Below, piece by piece: positions 42,561 to 58,297 of a stretch of 64,000 nt of DNA. The notes below the pieces were generated by a model. The model was not told the DNA's origin. It ran no database searches and saw nothing but the letters and a program-made list of their open reading frames with translations. Source of the stretch: Octopus vulgaris (Eukaryota); NCBI GenBank assembly GCA_951406725.2, contig OX597833.1, forward strand, positions 13,640,001 to 13,704,000. The letters run 5' to 3'. Each line of letters opens with the position of its first letter. The stretch's first letter is position 1. A program made the translations under genes and the position numbers.

Positions 42561-42925
42561 ATGTGTGTGTGCCCATGTGTGTGTGTGCGCATGTGTGTGT
42601 GTGCATGTGTGTATATGTGTGTGTTTGTGTACACACATGCTTGTGTGTGTGTGCGCATGTGTCTGTGTGTGTGGGCATGTGTGTGTGTGGGCATGTGTGT
42701 GTGTGGGGGCATGTCTGTGTATATATGTGTGTGTGTGTGCATGTGTGTGTATATGTGTGTGTATGTGTACACACACGATTGTGTGTGGGTGTTTGTCTGT
42801 GTGTCTGTGTGCATATCTGTGTGTGTGTGTGTATGTATGTGTGTGTGTGTATATATGTGTGCATGCATGTGTTCATGTGTGTGTATATGCATGTGCATGT
42901 GTGTGTGTGTGCGTGTGTCTGTGTG
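41925..42925. repeat. (GA)n-based ~35-40 bp minisatellite followed by a (TG)n compound array
   Basis: gacggggggg..cagaacaagagagaga units, with a (TG)-rich block at 42525-42925. Confidence 0.9.
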
Positions 42926-43958
42926 ATCACTATTATCACTGTCACTTAATTAGGTGATGAGCTGGCAGAGCTGTTCGCAGGCTGAACAAAAAGCTTAATA
43001 GTTTGGCATCTGTCTTAAACGTTGTGAGTTCAAATTCTGCTGAGGTTGACTTTACCTTTCACCCCTTTCGAGGGTAATAATACAGTTGAGCACTGGGGTC
43101 AATGGAATTGACTTAACACCTCTCCTGAAATTTCAGGACTTGTGCCTATAGCAGAAAGGACAGTTGTTATTATTATTATTATTATCATTATTATTGAGTG
43201 AGAGAGCAGTGCATGCCATCAAAGTGACACTGGGGTAAAATATACGAAGCCCAGTATACCCATCACATTTACCTGTCTGACAAGGGTACGCCAGGGACAT
43301 GCATCACAACCATATGTGCGCGACATGGTGATCTCATATCAAGATAAACAGTGCATGACCTTGCAGGTGGGGCCTAGTTAGAATTTCCTTCTGGTCGAGT
43401 AACCCATCCCATTCTAAAGGTCCCTGAGTAAGGGTTGTTTAAGGATGTTGAACGAACCACCCATGTTTCCAAAGGTGAATTATTCAAACCCCAAAGAATC
43501 CCTCTCAACACATGGCTATGATGCTCCCCCACTACTTCTGCTCGTGGTCAGAGATGCACATATCGTCAGCCACTAAGGGACATGGTCAGCTGGTTATGGT
43601 CAAACAACTGACAAGCAAATCTGTGGTATTGAGCAGAATATTTGGTGAAGTTCATTTATAGCAAGACCAAACAATGTACATGATTACACATCCAATCAGT
43701 TAAGATCAGAAGCCATAAGAGCCACTGCCTGGTATTATTATTATTATTAAGGTGGTTGCCGGGTAGAATTGTTTGCATGCCGGATGAATTGCTTAGCAGT
43801 ATTTCGCTTGTCACTACATTCTGAGTTCAAATTCTGCCGAGGTTGACTGCGCCTTTTATCCCTTTGGGGTCAATAAATTAAATACCAGTGAAACACTGGA
43901 GGGAAGTCAATGTAACTGACTAGTGCATTTCATTGACAGAAACTGAAAGGAGCCTGTC

Positions 43959-44002
<44 letters not shown>

Positions 44003-44055
44003 TAATCAAAATTAATCAAGGTGCTTACAATTATCAAGTACTCACCCCTATATAT

Positions 44056-44700
<645 letters not shown>

Positions 44701-44720
44701 TGCTCTTACTTTATGTGCTC

Positions 44721-45079
<359 letters not shown>

Positions 45080-45629
45080 TTGTTGTGTATATATATATAT
45101 ATATATATTATATATGTATATATATAGTGTGTATCTATGTTTGCCCCCCCCCGCCATTGTTTGACAACCAATACTGATTTATTTATGTCCCGGTAACTTA
45201 GCAGCTCAACAAAAAGAGACTGGTAGAATAAGTATCAGGCTTACGAAGAACAAGTCCTGGGGTCGATTTCTTTGACTAAAAAAAAACCCCCGTTTAAGGC
45301 AGTGCTCCAGCATGGCCACAGTCAAATGACTGAAACAAGTAAAAAAATAAAAGAATAAAAGAATATATATATATATATAAAAGGAGGGAAGGCTCTTAGA
45401 CTAATGGCAGTTCTGACTAGGTTGTTGAGAGCGATGGTGGGGGGTGGGCACGTGTGGACAGATGTGCTGGCAGAGAATGCGTTGTGTATGAGTGATATAA
45501 TCAAATGATTCATATTTACAATGAAATTTCGTCTTGCTTTAGAATCATGCAATTAGTTTAGGGAAAGAAAAGGAACAATATATATATACGTATATATATA
45601 TATATATAGACATTAATTATAATGATAAA

Positions 45630-45647
45630 GAAACTACTACTACTACC

Positions 45648-45702
<55 letters not shown>

Positions 45703-45764
45703 ATGATGATGATGATACTACTACTGCTGCTACTGCTACTACTACTACTACTGCTGCTGCTGCA

Positions 45765-45857
<93 letters not shown>

Positions 45858-45885
45858 GCTACTACTGCTGCTGCTGCTGCTGCTG

Positions 45886-45927
<42 letters not shown>

Positions 45928-45970
45928 ATAATAATAATAATAATAACAATAATAATAATAACAATAATAA
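45630..45970. repeat. (CTA/CTG/TAA)n compound trinucleotide array
   Basis: Seen directly. Confidence 0.95.
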
Positions 45971-46143
45971 TATATGTTGGTGCAGGCATGGCTGTGTGGT
46001 AAGAAGCTTGCTTCCCAACCACATGGTTCCAGGTTCAATGCCACAGCATAGCACCTTGAGCAAGTGTCTTCTACTATAGCCTTGGGCCTACCAAATCTTT
46101 GTGAGTGGATTAGACAGACGGAAACTGGAAGAAGCCTATCATG

Positions 46144-46174
<31 letters not shown>

Positions 46175-46250
46175 GCAGCGTGGAAGGTGTTTGTAAGCCA
46201 TTTAAGAAACGCACAAAATCTGTTAGACTCACTTCAACATTTAAACTTAA

Positions 46251-46301
46251 TTTGTCAAAATATTTTCGTCGCTTTGAGGCCACGACCTGTTCACTGACAA
46301 A
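46251..46301 (-). ncRNA. Hammerhead-like motif with G3-C8 core
   Basis: tttgtca-GTGAACA-g GTCGT ggcctcaaa GCGAC-GAAAA ta TTT-tgacaaa. Confidence 0.55.
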
Positions 46302-46665
46302 ATTCTGTGCTGCACGGAATTTTGTCTAACGGATTTTGTGTGTTTCTTAAATGGCTTATAAACACCTTCCATGCTGCAATTGTTTTCGTTCCAGCACAAG
46401 ATCTCAGATAAGGTCACTTGCTATGCAAGTATATCTCCGTAACAATGTGACCGATTGTGTACCGTTGGCGATTTTTTTTCCTCTGTCTTCCCTTCTCTGG
46501 ATTTTTCCTTCTCCTATGTTTCCGACGAAGAGCTCCGCTCGACACGTCAAACCCTCCTTCTTTCCTTCTTTCCTGAGCGTCCAATAATACTATATTTGTT
46601 CCACGTCCTCGCGTTGTTGTGTTTTTTTGTGCTTTCCTGTTTGGATTAACTATAGGTATATATAT

Positions 46666-46709
<44 letters not shown>

Positions 46710-46934
46710 GATGTTGTCCTAATCTCCATGGACCCCATGAGGAAAGCAAGCCGTGGCGGGACAGCACCTAACTGGCTGGGGTCTGCCTAACTCGCTGCAG
46801 GTGTGCATGCTTAATGATGTCATGGACGGATGTGAGCCTGGGCAATGTAGTATGTAAGTATGTATATATATATATATGTGTGTGTATGTGTGTGTGTGTG
46901 TGTGTGTATTCTCACTCATGAGTGACCTCCACTC

Positions 46935-47181
46935 TTACAAGACAGACTGACCAAAGACCTGACTAACTCCCGTTTCAAGGACATATCTTCTGTCGTGGCA
47001 ATGGTGGTGATGGTGGAGGCGACGGTGGAGGTGACTGGCAGTGATAGTGATAACGGTGGTGGTTGTGGCGGTGTTGTTGTTGTTGGTGGTGTTGTTGTTG
47101 TTGGTGGTGGTGGTGGTGGTTGTGGCGGTGTTGTTGTTGGTGGTGGTGTTGGTGGCGGCGGTGGTGGTGGTGTTGTTGTTG

Positions 47182-47213
<32 letters not shown>

Positions 47214-47295
47214 GTTGTTGTTGTTGGTGGTGGCGGTGGTGGTGGTGGTGGTGTTGTTGTTGTTGTTGTTGTTGTTGTTGGTGGTGGTGTTGTTG

Positions 47296-47327
<32 letters not shown>

Positions 47328-47334
47328 GGTGTTG

Positions 47335-47366
<32 letters not shown>

Positions 47367-48362
47367 GTTGTTGTTGTTGTTGGTGGCGGCGGTGGTGGTG
47401 GTGGTGGTGTTGTTGTTGTTGGTGGTAGTGGTGGTGGTGACTGGTAATGATAGTGGTAACGGTGGAAGCGGTGTGGTGGTGGTGGTGGTGGTGGTGGTGG
47501 TGTTGTTGTTGTTGTTGGTGGCGGCGGTGGTGGTGGTGGTGGTGTTGTTGTTGTTGGTGGTAGTGGTGGTGGTGACTGGCAATGATAGTGGTAACGGTGG
47601 AAGCGGTGTGGTGGTGGTGGTGGTGGTGGTGGTGGTGGTGGTGTTATGCACAGAGGAAACCAAGTGAACATTCTCTGTTGGTACATCACCAGATGGCGTC
47701 AACTGCACATGTAACTGGTTGGTAGCGGAGGTGAGGGCGGTGGGTGGTGGTGGTGGTGGTGGTGGTGGGGGGGGGGTTAGAGGAAAAGGTGGGGAGCAAA
47801 TAATCTGGTGCAGCATCAGGTCATGTGACATTATTTCAGACTGATATTTATGGATGTGATGGTGGTGGTGGTGGTGGTAGCAATGTGGTGGTATTGGTGG
47901 TGGTTGTAGTGGTGGTAGTGGGGGTGAAATCGGTGGTGGTGTTGCGAGGGCTGTAGTGTTGGTGGTGGTAGAAGTGGTGGCAGCAGCAACAGTGATAGCA
48001 GTGGCAGCCATGATAGCAGTGCTGGTAGTTGTGGTGGTGGTGGTGGTGGTGTTGGTATTAGTGGCGCTGGTGATGTTGGTGGTATTAGTGGCGTTGGTGC
48101 GGTGGTGTTGGTGGTGGCGGCCATGGTGGTGGTGGTGGTGGCCGTGGTGGTGGTTGGTGGTGGTCATGGTGGTAGTGGTAGTGGTGGTGGTGTTGGTGTT
48201 GGTGGTGGTCATGGTGGTAGTTGTGGTGGTGGTGGTGGTGGCTGTGGTAGTGTTGGTGGTAGTGGTGGTGGTGTTGGTGGTGGTGTTGGTGGTGGTGGCG
48301 GTGGTGGTATTAGTGGCAGTGGTGATGGTGACAGTGGTGGTGGTAGTAGGTGAGACATGACA
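46935..48362 (-). CDS. Possible low-complexity Thr/Pro/His/Asn-rich coding exon of an unidentified gene
   Basis: 476-codon open frame with non-repetitive islands (HKYQSEIMSHDLMLHQIICSPPF, ALTSATNQLHVQLTPSGDVPTENVHLVSS). Acceptor-like ttcacagatag upstream and GTAAG donor near 46938. Confidence 0.3.
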
Positions 48363-49075
48363 CTATCTGTGAATAGGTTTGTCTTTTCGTGTCTCTTCTT
48401 CTCTCTCCTCTCTCTCTCTCTCTCCTCCTCCTACTCCCCCACCCCATACACATGTGAACATACATTATCTGTGGGTGAATGTATATATTTGCATACACGT
48501 GTGTGTGTGTGTGTGTGTGTGGAAAGAACTTTTTTTTTACTTCTATGTGTATGTGTGTGTGTGCACACATATGTTGATGTGAATTTGAAAATCTGTCCGT
48601 GCGTGCGTGTGTGTGTGTGTGTGAATGCGTGCGTGTGTGTGTGTGTGTGTCAGTGTGTTTGTGTGTGTGTGTGAATGCGTGCGTGTGTGTGTGTGTCAGT
48701 GTGTGTGTGTGTGTGAATGCATGCGTGTGCATACATTTAACATTTTTGATAGGAAATCTCTCTCTGTCTCCCCCCTTCTCTCTCCCCCTCCCCCCTCACT
48801 TTCTCTATCTAACACTTTGAATATTCATGGCTTACACAGACATTCTGAGGAACTGGAACAAGAGGATAGGATGTCCCACAGATTCCCACCACTTTGGTGT
48901 CATGTTTTCATTACACTCTTTGCAAGAATATTTACACTGGCATCTCTCACACACACATGCACACATACATATATATATCCATATATATCCATATATACAT
49001 ACATATATATATATATATATACATATATATGCATATATATATGCATATACATATATGCATATACATATATACATG

Positions 49076-49109
<34 letters not shown>

Positions 49110-49210
49110 TATATGTATATATGTATATACATACATATATATATACATTTATATATATACATATATATATATACATATACATTTATATATATTTATACAC
49201 ACACACACAC

Positions 49211-49295
<85 letters not shown>

Positions 49296-49724
49296 TTCTC
49301 TCTTTCTTTTTTTCTCTCTTTTACTTGTTTCAGTCATTTGACTGCGGCCATGCCGGAGCACCGCCTTTAGTCGAGCAAATCGACACCGGGACTTATTCTT
49401 TGTAAGCCCAGTACTTATTCTATCGGTCGCTTTTGCCGAACCGCTAAGTGACGGGGACGTAAACACACCAGCATCGGTTGTGAAGCAATGCTAGGGAGAC
49501 AAATGCACACACACAAACACACACACATACACATATATATACATATATATACATATATACGACAGGCTTCTTTCAGTTTCCGTCTACCAAATCACTCACA
49601 TGGCATTGGTCGGCCCGGGGCTATAGCAGAAGACACTTGCCCAAGATGCCATGCAGTGGGACTGAACCCAGAACCATGTGGTTGGTTATCAAGCTACTTA
49701 CCACACAGCCACTCCTGTGCCTAT

Positions 49725-49779
<55 letters not shown>

Positions 49780-50817
49780 AGAAAAAAACCCACCTTTTAT
49801 CAATTCAATAATGAAAAATTAAATTATACCACTGAGAAAAATTTACATATTATAATATATATATATACAGTGATTGAGGGGTAAATTGTTGCCATTTGAT
49901 ATTTCCAATTTCATGCATGTGCATTGTTTTTTTTATTTTGTTGACTACAGAGTATAGTAGGGTCAGTTGGGCACTGTCTGTGAGAAAAACAGCACCATGA
50001 CACAATTCACTCTGCCAGAAATTTGGAAACAACATGCTGTACTGCTTGGCGTTTGCGACCACAAAATTCCATACTGTAAACTGCAAAAAAAGTCAAATTG
50101 TAAAATGCTCCACATATTTCCTCACGAAGAAAGAAGATTAATGATGAAAGCCATATTCATACTGCTATAGAATGCCAAAATGTATGCATCAAAAAATTAA
50201 CATGTGGCTACTGACACGGAGATTTAACAGTAAAAAATTTGACCACAACAAAACAACACCAACCTGCTGCCATGTAAGCCTAATGGTGATAAAAAAAAAA
50301 CCTTTGTAGAAAATATGTACTTGAATTCAAGTGATATTTTTGTATATATAAGTGAAAATGTAGATGCCAAATCTATTCCAATTCTTGGAAAGGTGACTGT
50401 GAAGTTCTAGAAATTTTAAATATGGATTTAAGAAGCTTATTGTTGCAAACTAGCTTCAAAAAAGAAGAAAATGTTAAAAATCTAAAATGAAAAGGGATAA
50501 AACACAAACACTATTGTATATTTAATGAAACTCAAATGGCGGTGCCCCAGCATGGCCACAGCTCGTGAGCTGAAACTAGAATCAATCAATCAATCATGTG
50601 TCTTTGTGTGTGTGTGTGTGTGTGCACGCATGTGTTTGTCAGTGAATCTGTGTTTACCTCATCTTCATATGTATTCACTGGTTGTAAACAAAGCTATTAT
50701 TTGCTTGCAGTCCCTATGACTTAGTAGTTCAACAAAAGAGACTGATAGAATAAGTACTAGACTTACTTGGTTTTATATAAAAAAAAGAAATTCTAGGGTT
50801 GATTTGTTTATCTAAAG

Positions 50818-51750
50818 TAGCGGTTCTCAACCGGGGTCCATACTGGCCCCTGAGGGTCCGTATAAGATTTTTGTGGGCCCATGTAGCAAAATAGTAAATT
50901 GAAGAACCACAATAGAATTTTAAGGGCCCCCCAAAAAAGGTTGCTTTAGATGTATGTATTGCGAGTAACAACTAAATTTCTTTCTCTAAGGTTTTACATC
51001 GTTCAACCTACAAAAGTTAATGTATACTCTTTTACTCTTTTACTTGTTTCAGTCATTTGACTGCGGCCATGCTGGAGCACCGCCTTTAGTCGAGCAAATC
51101 AACCCCGGGACTTATTCTTTGTAAGCCCAGTACTTATTCTATCAGTCTCTTTCACCGAACCGCTAAGTGATGGGGACGTAAACACACCAGCATCGGTTGT
51201 CAAGCAATGCTAGGGGGACAAACACAGACACACAAACACACACAGGACCCACCCTGGCACCTGTGCAGGTGGAACGTAAAAAGCACCCACTACACTTGCG
51301 GAGTGGTTGGCGTTAGGAAGGGCATCCAGCCGTAGAAACTCTGCTAGATCAGACTGGAGCCTGGAGCAGCCCCTGGCTTCCCAGACCCTGGTCGAACCGT
51401 CCAACCCATGCTAGCGCTGAAAACGGACGTTTAAACGATGATGATGATGATGATGATGATACAACGGGCTTCTTTCAGTTTCCGTCTACCAAATCCACTC
51501 ACAGGGCATTGGTTGGCCCGGGGCTATAGCAGAAGACACTTGCCTAAGATGCCACGCAGTGGGACTGAACCCGGAACCATGTGGTTGGTAAGCAAGCTAT
51601 TTACCACACAGCCCACTCCTAACAAAATTGGAATTTTGAAAGAATTTTCTATGAAACTAGTCTTTAAACATTAAATGGTTATAGGGGTCCTCCTGAATAA
51701 AATAGTAAACAAAGGGGTCCAGGGATAAAAAAAATGGTTGAGAACCCCTG
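50818..51750. mobile_element. hAT-Charlie-like MITE containing a family A SINE (51027-51620), which contains a family C copy (51247-51458)
   Basis: TIRs tagcggttctcaacc and ggttgagaacccctg, with nested repeats recognisable. Confidence 0.8.
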
Positions 51751-52561
51751 AGCTAAAAGGTGGCGACCCTGCATGATTGCAATCCAATGCTTAAAACGAA
51801 GTAAAAAAAGATAAGAAAAATTTCCATTGATGAAGAAATCTGTTGATTCTAAACAAGCTTTTGATGAAAGAGATCTTGTTTCCAGGTTTGTCTTGAAACT
51901 AAATTCATTTGGATGGATTTACATTGATTCTCAAGAAAGTAAATCTTACATTGCCATTTCTTGGATGTGTTGATGATCTCAAAGACGCTATGGAAGCAGC
52001 AATTTCTTCGAGAAAACCGACCTTCAAATGATTCCGTTTTTAATTACATCCTATATCAGATAATTAGTTGTCGTAATTAAGAAATTCTATCTTGCATTCA
52101 AATATAGAACTAAGCATATGGCTGTCATCATCATCATCATCATCACCCCCTCCTCCCCTTCCTCCTCCTCAATGTCATCATTGTGTATTCTTTACAGGAA
52201 AAGGCAGAAATGATCAAAGAAATACGCGATAATGGAAGTTCTGTGATTGCTGACCGAGAATTTACCATTCAAGCTAAAAATTCTTCCAGTTCACCTCTTT
52301 ACAGCAATAATAATAATAATAATAATGATAATAATGATGATAATGGTAATAATAATAATAATAATAATAATTATAATAATAATGATAATAATAATTATAA
52401 TAATGATAGTAGTAATAATAATAATGATAATGATAATCATCATCATCATCGTTTAATGTCTGCTTTCCATGCTAGCATGGGTTGGACGGTTTGACCGGGG
52501 TCTGGGAAGCCAGAAGGCTGCACCAGGCCCAGTCTGATCTGGCAGTGTTTCTACAGATGGA

Positions 52562-52617
<56 letters not shown>

Positions 52618-52642
52618 TAATATTATTACCACCTAATAAACA

Positions 52643-53605
52643 TGAAGAAGAAGAAGAAGATGAAGAAACAACAAAAGCTATAAAACAAATGAAATCCAAA
52701 CTAAAAATAGAACAGCAACGAACCATGATAAAACGATGGCAAGAAAAGCCCCTTCATGGTAAATACTGCACTAAACTAAACGCAAAAGAAATAGACAAAG
52801 AAAAATCCCAGCAATGGTTGAGAAGCTCAGGACTCAAAGCAGAAACAGGGATTTTTAATTGCAACACAAGACCAAAGCCTCCCCACCAGAAATTACCAAA
52901 AACATGTAATGAAAAGAAATATTACAAGTAACTGCAGAATATGTGGAGATGGACAAGAAACAATAAATCATATTATCTCTAGCTGCCCAGTCCTGGCTAA
53001 GAAGGAATATATTCACAGACATGACAGAGTTGGAACCTACATACATTGGAAGCTATGCCAACATTATGGAATAACAACAGAAAAAAGATGGTATAGGCAC
53101 ACACCAGAAAAGGTCACAGAAAACGAGAAAGCAACCATACTCTGGGATATGCCGATACACACAGATAGAGAAATTAAGGCCAACAGACCAGATATAGTTG
53201 TCAGAGATCATGAAGAAAAAAAATGCTTTCTAATTGATGTATCAATACCGGCTGATGACAATGTGTCTCTAAAAGAAATGGAGAAACTCTCAAAATACAA
53301 AGACCTGGAAATAGAGATAACTAGAATGTGGAATCTGAAAACAGAAACAATTCCTATCATAGTAGGTGCATTAGGTATGATAAAAAAATATTCAGACAAA
53401 TACATAACAAAAACACCAGGACTTACAAACACATATAACATACAGAAAATTGCACTACTAGGCACTGCACACATCCTACGCAGAACACTTTCCATACAAT
53501 AACCATCAGAGCATCACAACAAATCACAGCACATACCCAAGGCACACAGAGCTGCGCTCGGTAGTGAAGTGAAAGCACGCTATAAAAATAAAACTACTGA
53601 ATGAT
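52643..53605 (+). mobile_element. R4/Dong-like non-LTR retrotransposon 3' fragment (CCHC plus restriction-like endonuclease) in (TAA)n
   Basis: CRICGDGQETINHIISSC, RHD, KANRPDIVV, LIDVSIP and EKLSKYKDL, with a frameshift near 52848 and (TAA)n on both flanks. Confidence 0.92.
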
Positions 53606-53805
53606 AATAATAATAATAATAATAATAATAATTATAATTTTCGTATGGTTTTTTTAGGCATTGACTAGTACAACACTAAATACAAAACCAAATATATGGC
53701 ACACTAGGCATAACAACGACATGAACTTCCAACTTGTTGTCTCTTGAGGTCTCTGGGTGAGACTTGGAGCCAACTTGTACAAATGTAAAGCAAAAGTCAA
53801 ACATA

Positions 53806-53838
<33 letters not shown>

Positions 53839-54329
53839 TATTAATAATAATCCTTTCTACTCAAGACACAAGACCTGAAATTTGGTGCAAGGAGACCAGT
53901 TGATTACATCAACCCCAGTATTTCACTGGTACTTAATTTATTGACCCCGAAAGGAAGAAAGGCAAAGTTGACCTCAGCAGAATTTGAACTCAGAACGTGA
54001 AGACAGACACAATACCACTGAACATTTTGCTCAGATTGCTAACAACTCTGCCAGCTCAACGCCTTGACTAATAATGATTATGATGATGATGATGATGATG
54101 ATGATGACGGTAGTGGTGGTGATGGTGGTGGTGGTGATGGTGGTGGTGGTGGTAGTGGCGGCAGTTGTCGTTGTCGTGGTGACGACAAGTACTCTCAGAT
54201 CCATATCTCTTGTCTCCTTGTCAAATCTTAAAATCTTTCTTCAGGCCTTCATTTCTTCCAAAGTAGATAGATATGGGCGTAGATTCAGTAGGTCATACAT
54301 CATTAAGTTACATATCTATAGGGGACACG

Positions 54330-55190
<861 letters not shown>

Positions 55191-55449
55191 TTATTTATTA
55201 TTCATTCTTAAGTTTGTTATTCTATCAGCCTCTTTTTGCCAAAGCGTTAGTTAATGGCGACGCAAACAAACCAACACTGGTTGTCAAGTTGTGGTGAGGG
55301 ACAAACACAAACGCACACGCATATGCATAAATACACATACAAATACATACCATTCAACTGGTACCTACTTTTTTTTTATAAAATCCCCCAAAATTCTTTC
55401 ATAGACATATGTTATTTGTTAAGGTTACTTGACTTATAAAAATGTTTAA

Positions 55450-55668
55450 CCCTTTCGATACCAACCCGGCTGAAACTCCTGGCTCTGTAGTACAAATGTC
55501 TTGCTTTCAAAAGTTCTGAATTAAAACCTTCCACCAAATCTTAGTCACAATTTATGTTCCTAACACCAGCTTAATGATAACTGAGTTATTTTACTAAATT
55601 CTTTGTTATATTTAAAATTAATTGAAAGAAACACAGAGCATCTCAACAGAAATACAGTAACGAAAGGG
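55450..55668. mobile_element. piggyBac-type MITE, with a partial tandem copy at 55700-55840
   Basis: TTAA-CCCTTTCG...CGAAAGGG-TTAA. Confidence 0.85.
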
Positions 55669-56177
55669 TTAAAATAAATAATAGAGAAACAATTCTTAAC
55701 CCTTTCGATACCAACCTGGCTGAAACCAACTCTGGCTCTGTAGTACAAATGTCTTATTTTCATAAATTTTGAATTAAAATCTTCCACCAAACCTTAGTCA
55801 CAATTTATGTTCCTAACACTAGCTTAATGATAAACTAAATTATCATTTTAATACAGAAATAATTCAAATAACAAAAGGAACACAGCTCTGAGTTTTTGAA
55901 GATTTTAATGAATTTATTAATTAACTTTTGAGCAACAACAACGTTTATAGAACTAAATTAATTATACAATTGTATATTTGAAAATAACGTATGGCTAACA
56001 AGAAAATATATTTATCAGTTGAGACTGAAGAGGTTGGAATAGATAAAAAGCTTGGAAGAGGAATAAGTAAAAGAAAAAAAAGGGCCAAAAATACAATTAG
56101 CCTTACACAGAAGACAAGTCCCCATAAATAATTTGATTTTTTTTTTATAAAATTTTATTTTAGAAAAATATCTGGTT

Positions 56178-56493
56178 ATTAGAAAATTACTATTTTTAAA
56201 ATCTCACAACATGAGATCTTCAGCCACAGTAGTTGTAGTAAAGATCGTTTGCCAACATAACATGGCAGTCCTGGTTTAGGACGAATGTTGCTGTAATTTT
56301 AGCCTCAGGAGACATCGTCTCCAGCTGGCTATACGGCACGATCTGTGTCCTTATATTTTCGAACAAGGGAATCTAGCCCCCCCCCCCCAACTCAAAACAG
56401 GACAGCCATGTTATGTTGGCAAACAATCTTTACTCCAAAGTACTGTTGCTGAATATCTCACGTTGTGAGATTTCAAAATAGTAATTTTCTAAT
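56178..56493. repeat. Foldback with ~95-bp arms, Penelope-like, whose interior is also inverted at 57085-57220
   Basis: attagaaaattactattt...gccaacataacatggcagtcctg and its reverse complement. Confidence 0.8.
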
Positions 56494-57012
56494 TTATAGA
56501 TCAGTGACTAGTTGTCACTTTGAAAACTATATATTTCAAATGGCCTAGTGGTTAGGGCAGCGGACTCGCGGTCACAGGATCGCGGTTTCGATTCCCAGAC
56601 TGGGCGTTGTGTGTGTTTATTGAGCGAAAACACCTAAAAGCTCCATGAGGCTCCGGCAGGGGGGTGGTGGTGATCCCTGCTGTACTCTTTCACCACTCTT
56701 TCTCCCACTATTTCTTCTGTTGGCATGCTCGCTTAGCCAGCGGGGTGGCATCATTCGAAGGCTAAAACAATGCAAACGCATTGTGACCAGCGATGTGTAA
56801 CAACATCTGATGGCCTGGTCGGTCACGTGATCACCTGATATTTCAAACAGGAAATTGGCAGCGCCATCTCTAACTGAGCAAAATTTTAAACTTCATACAA
56901 GCTTCATTCGAACTCCATAACTTCTTTGTAATTATGTTTGTCCTGTAGTGTCCTATCTGTATATGATTTTGAATAATCATAACAAAGAATTAACCTCTAA
57001 TTGAGCAATTAT

Positions 57013-57057
57013 TCTGTGCTGATGAAAGGAAATAACCCAGAAATCACGATACACAGA
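57013..57057 (+). ncRNA. Type I hammerhead ribozyme motif
   Basis: tctgtg-CTGATGA-aaGG aaataa CCca-GAAATC ac GATA-cacaga. Confidence 0.6.
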
Positions 57058-57486
57058 TATTGCTTTGAGCTGAGTAGGGGTGTTAGTTTCCCTTGTTCGA
57101 AAATATAAGGACACAGATTGTGTTGTATAGCCAGCTGGAGATGATGTCTCCTTGGAGTAAAATTACAGCAACATTCGTCCTAAACCAGGACTGCCATGTT
57201 ATGTTGGCAAATAATCTTTAATATCTGGTTATTAGTTTTAATTTTCAATATATTTTTAATGAGTAATTTTTTTTTTAATTTTAGAATTTTTTTTTGCATT
57301 TTCCCTTTGCATTAGATATAACAAAAAAAAATAAATACAAAAAAAAACCCAAATAATATGACAACAGTCAATAAGAAATGTTTGAGAAAAGAAATAAGAA
57401 TATGGGAAAAAAAACAAAAAAAAAAATAAAAGAGATAGGCGCAGGAGTGGCTGTGTGGTAAGTAGGTTCAGTCCCACTGCGTGGCA

Positions 57487-57546
<60 letters not shown>

Positions 57547-58297
57547 TTGTGTGTCTGTGTTTGTCCCCCTAGCATTGCTTGACAACCGATGCTGGTGTGT
57601 TTACGTCCCCATCACTTAGCGGTTCAGCAAAAGAGACCGATAGAATAAGTACTGGGCTTACAAAGAATAAGTCCCGGGGTTGATTTGCTCGACTAAAGGT
57701 GGTGCTCCAGCATGGCTGCAGTCAAATGACTGAAACAAGTAAAAGAGTAAAAGAGTAAAGAGAGATATCTCTTATAAGCACTGGGCCAGAAATTTTGGGA
57801 GGCTGTGGGGTAAGAAGTTTACTTCTCAACCATATGGTTCCAGCACTTGATCGGGGCTTTCTTTTATCAGCCCTGAAAGGAGGAATGGCAAATTTTTTAG
57901 GTGTATGTAGAGAGAAGAGAAACTGCAAGTAAGAGTTTTGTCAATGTTCTGTAATGAGAGGATGTTTCAGATTACAGAGTAATGTGTCAGTGTAATTGGA
58001 GATGTTACAAGGAAGAAAGGACAACAACATTGTTTGCGTTTCACTTACCATATTTGATGACAATTAAAATACATGAAAATTTCTCAGAAAGACATCCCAG
58101 GTCCCATATGCAAAATCAAGCCTAATTTACGAACTGTTGACATTTTTTTCTTTGAATGTGTACTTTTGAAATTTGGGTGTGGTTGAATTTAATATGCCAT
58201 TGCATCATTTACGTTATCAAATATGGGGCCTTCATTGTCACTAACAAGAAAGGGCCTGGAGATATCACCCACAGAGGGACCAGCTATTGGAGCTGGT

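Noticed and set aside
43195-43735. Possible HDV-like or twister ribozyme in family F or family C repeats
   Set aside because: I could not build the required pseudoknots by eye. A covariance-model search is needed
54245-54291. DRYGRR as an MFS transporter motif A
   Set aside because: The upstream Gly and any adjacent transmembrane exons are missing, and six residues are not enough to assign a product
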